A stretch of 64,000 nt of DNA from Nitrospirota bacterium (GTDB taxonomy: Bacteria; Nitrospirota; UBA9217): positions 128,001 through 192,000 of the forward strand of contig CAWCKW010000013.1 of NCBI GenBank assembly GCA_963796285.1, read 5' to 3'. Both the position numbers and the translations under genes were made by a program. Positions 61,761 through 64,000 of this stretch are shown piece after piece; position 1 is the first letter of the stretch; every line of letters begins with the position of its first letter. Below the pieces are notes generated by a model. The model searched no databases and had not been told where the DNA came from. It worked only from the letters and a program-made list of their open reading frames with translations.

Positions 61761-63093
61761 TTAGAACTTCATGCTGAGAACACCCTGTGCACCTAATGCA
61801 GCGTCTTTATGATGGCCGCCGCTAGCATCTGAAGTGCCGAGGCCCTTGCCGGGAGCCAGGTAGCCGAGGATCCAGTTCCAGGAAAGATTGTCAGCAAGCT
61901 TCCAATTGATCTTGACATCGACTTCCGTGCCAAGTTCATTGGTGGTCGCTGCGTTAGGGGCAGGATTGTGATACTCCGCAACCTTCTCCGATGCCGCCAG
62001 CCACCACACATCTACGCCAAGGTCCAGAGATGTTGTTGCCGCAAACATTGCGCCTACGTTGAGTGCCGTGGTGCCGCAGAAGCCGGTGTGTAGACCGCAG
62101 GGACCGGCAACTTTATATTCATACAGGAACGTGTAATGCGGATCAGCATCAAGGAAGGTAACCATCTGCTTGATATCTTTATCCCCTATCTTTTTGCCGG
62201 TGCCATAGGCCGCGGCGAAGTTGATCGTAACCGGGTCCATCCCCACATTGCCCTGGACCACGAGCTGCCCGCCTTTGAACTTCGCGTCATTCTCCTTTGC
62301 TTTTCCGGTCTGTATATCAGCCTCAGCCTTCAGACCAACCGGGCCTGCTTTGATGTCAGCATTCAGGCCAATGTTGTAGGCCTGCGTTTCGGCTGTCGGC
62401 GTAAGAGCGGACGCAACACCGCCAAATCCTAATCCGTTCCTCCGGTCATCTGCATACGTGACGTCTACACCAAACTTCATGGTGTCGCTGGCCTTCACCG
62501 TGGCAAAGAGCACATAGGCATCAATATCATCTGACGATGCAGTTAGGCCTTCTGATACCTTCACATCAACCACTCCGACGTGAACCGGGTCGATATCCGT
62601 AAAGGCAACCCATGCGTCAGAGCCGTACTTCATGGAACGGAAAAACCAACCATTGCCGAGCTGCAGGAGCATATGGCCTCCCTTGACATAGATCGGTGTG
62701 CTGGGTATGGGGAAGAGCATCCATGCCTCGCGGACATCAAGCCTTGCATTATCATCTTTACGTACTGGTTACTGTCGTGCTGTCGCCTTGGGGCTGTTCA
62801 AACCTGCCAAAGCTATCCCAATCGTTTTCAATGGTCACTTTACCTTTTACATCGCCGGCCTTCACATTCACATCGAGCCTGACGCGCTCCTGGGTATCCA
62901 ACGTTTTATCACCCACATTCTTATTAAAGTCCAGATTGTCGAAATCACGGCTCCGGATGTCCATGCTGCCGCCGATGGTGATATCCGCCAGGTTGCCTGC
63001 AGCTTTGCCCTCTCCCTCGTGGACCGCGAACGCCGAGGTGCTGAAACACGTCATTGCTGCAACTGCCAGTAACATAACAATCTTCTTCATCAT
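61761..63093 (-). CDS. Outer-membrane beta-barrel porin (alginate-export-like; frameshifts near 62700-62760)
   Basis: Signal peptide MKKIVMLLAVAAM...SAFA, ERVRL, amphipathic strands, LGTEVD, C-terminal Phe (VLSMKF). Confidence 0.8.
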
Positions 63094-64000
63094 CTATCCT
63101 CCCTTAATATTTATTTTGCTCCAGTCTGAACCGGAACACGAATGGTAACCTCTTGTATATTGCACAAAAAAATGCGGCGTGAAACAGGACCAAATTTTTT
63201 TGAGATCAACCCCCCTTCGTCATTAAACTAAACTGTGGATGTGACCAAGGCAGTAAAGACGTAAGTCTGTATAGTGAACTAATGTTCATTTGAATGTTGT
63301 AGTGTTGCTTTGGTTGAAGTGTCCAGAGAGTCCGTTGCCGGAACAGCCGACATACTGTTCCTCGGAAAAGCTAGTGCAAACTTGATATGTAGGTACTGAT
63401 AGTGGGTATCATAGAATTGAGAGAACCCATTGAATCTGCCACTATTACACAACTGCTACAAACAGTGATAAACCGTACAGTGAGATTACTTTACTCAATT
63501 ATTATGGAAAATATAGCAAACTCGGATAATCAAGTCAAGCGTTTTCTATCTGTCTCTAAAACGAGAACACCGAAATACGCGTTGCATGATATATTAACTA
63601 TCTGCACAGCCAGCAAAGGTGCGTCATTCCCGCGTCAGGGTAAACCTATCCAGGCTCGACAATATGCAAGCTCTGTCCCTTCCTCGTGTGTTATAAACTG
63701 GTGGAATAAGAATAAAACCTCCAAAAATAAATGTCTGAGATGGGACAAACCTTGAAATGGTAGGAACGTAACGCTTTGATTCTCTTTCCTTTTCTTCCCC
63801 ATGTCCTATTCTTCCAAAACGCTCTACAACATGCAGTGACACCTTGTTCTTTTTCAGGCTGAACAACCTCAGAACCTGCCGGTAATACTGTTTTACACCG
63901 AGGTCCGGCTATCTTAGTTGAGGGCAAGGATGATCGGGGCAGGTTGTCAAGCAGACTGCCCAGTGTATCAACAGATCATGTCGTCGGTGGTTCCGGCCCA

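Noticed and set aside
63402-63927. Short ORFs at the right end of the window
   Set aside because: No motifs or clear RBS, and they overlap on opposite strands.

Overview
Bacterial window, most consistent with an anaerobic Nitrospirota (Thermodesulfovibrionia-like) or deltaproteobacterial genome. This is inferred from gene content and was not tested. Many single-base indels split otherwise intact genes, which points to an unpolished long-read assembly. There are three blocks. (1) 1-9.1 kb, minus strand: a complex I operon (nuoA-B-C-D) interrupted by a five-gene DRTGG / CBS-anti-sigma-type kinase / DRTGG / PHP / HATPase cassette. It continues into an HndA-HndB-HndC-NuoG/HydA-like flavin/Fe-S head whose NuoF has HydB-type (bifurcating-family) architecture. 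(2) ~9.3-41.3 kb, all minus strand and more AT-rich: an island with a Tad/Flp pilus locus (two tandem flp genes, cpaA, tadE, cpaB, cpaC, tadG, cpaE, cpaF, tadB, tadC). It is flanked by glycosylation genes (two GT2, a GT4, four GT-C-like membrane proteins, DegT-like, GNAT, methyltransferases, UPF0104 membrane protein), a TonB-like Pro-Val-repeat protein and an MshEN-AAA ATPase. (3) 41.5-64 kb: housekeeping genes (namZ, murU/amgK-like, CCA/HD nucleotidyltransferase, aroCKB, mqnB, mqnD, lemA-htpX-like, moaD-moaE fusion, MerR/HspR-like regulator, ccdA, fchA-folD, porin). Gene junctions carry many short palindromic elements, including at least 11 whose arms are tandem 7-, 8- or 9-nt units. No rRNA, tRNA, CRISPR array, integrase or transposase was seen.
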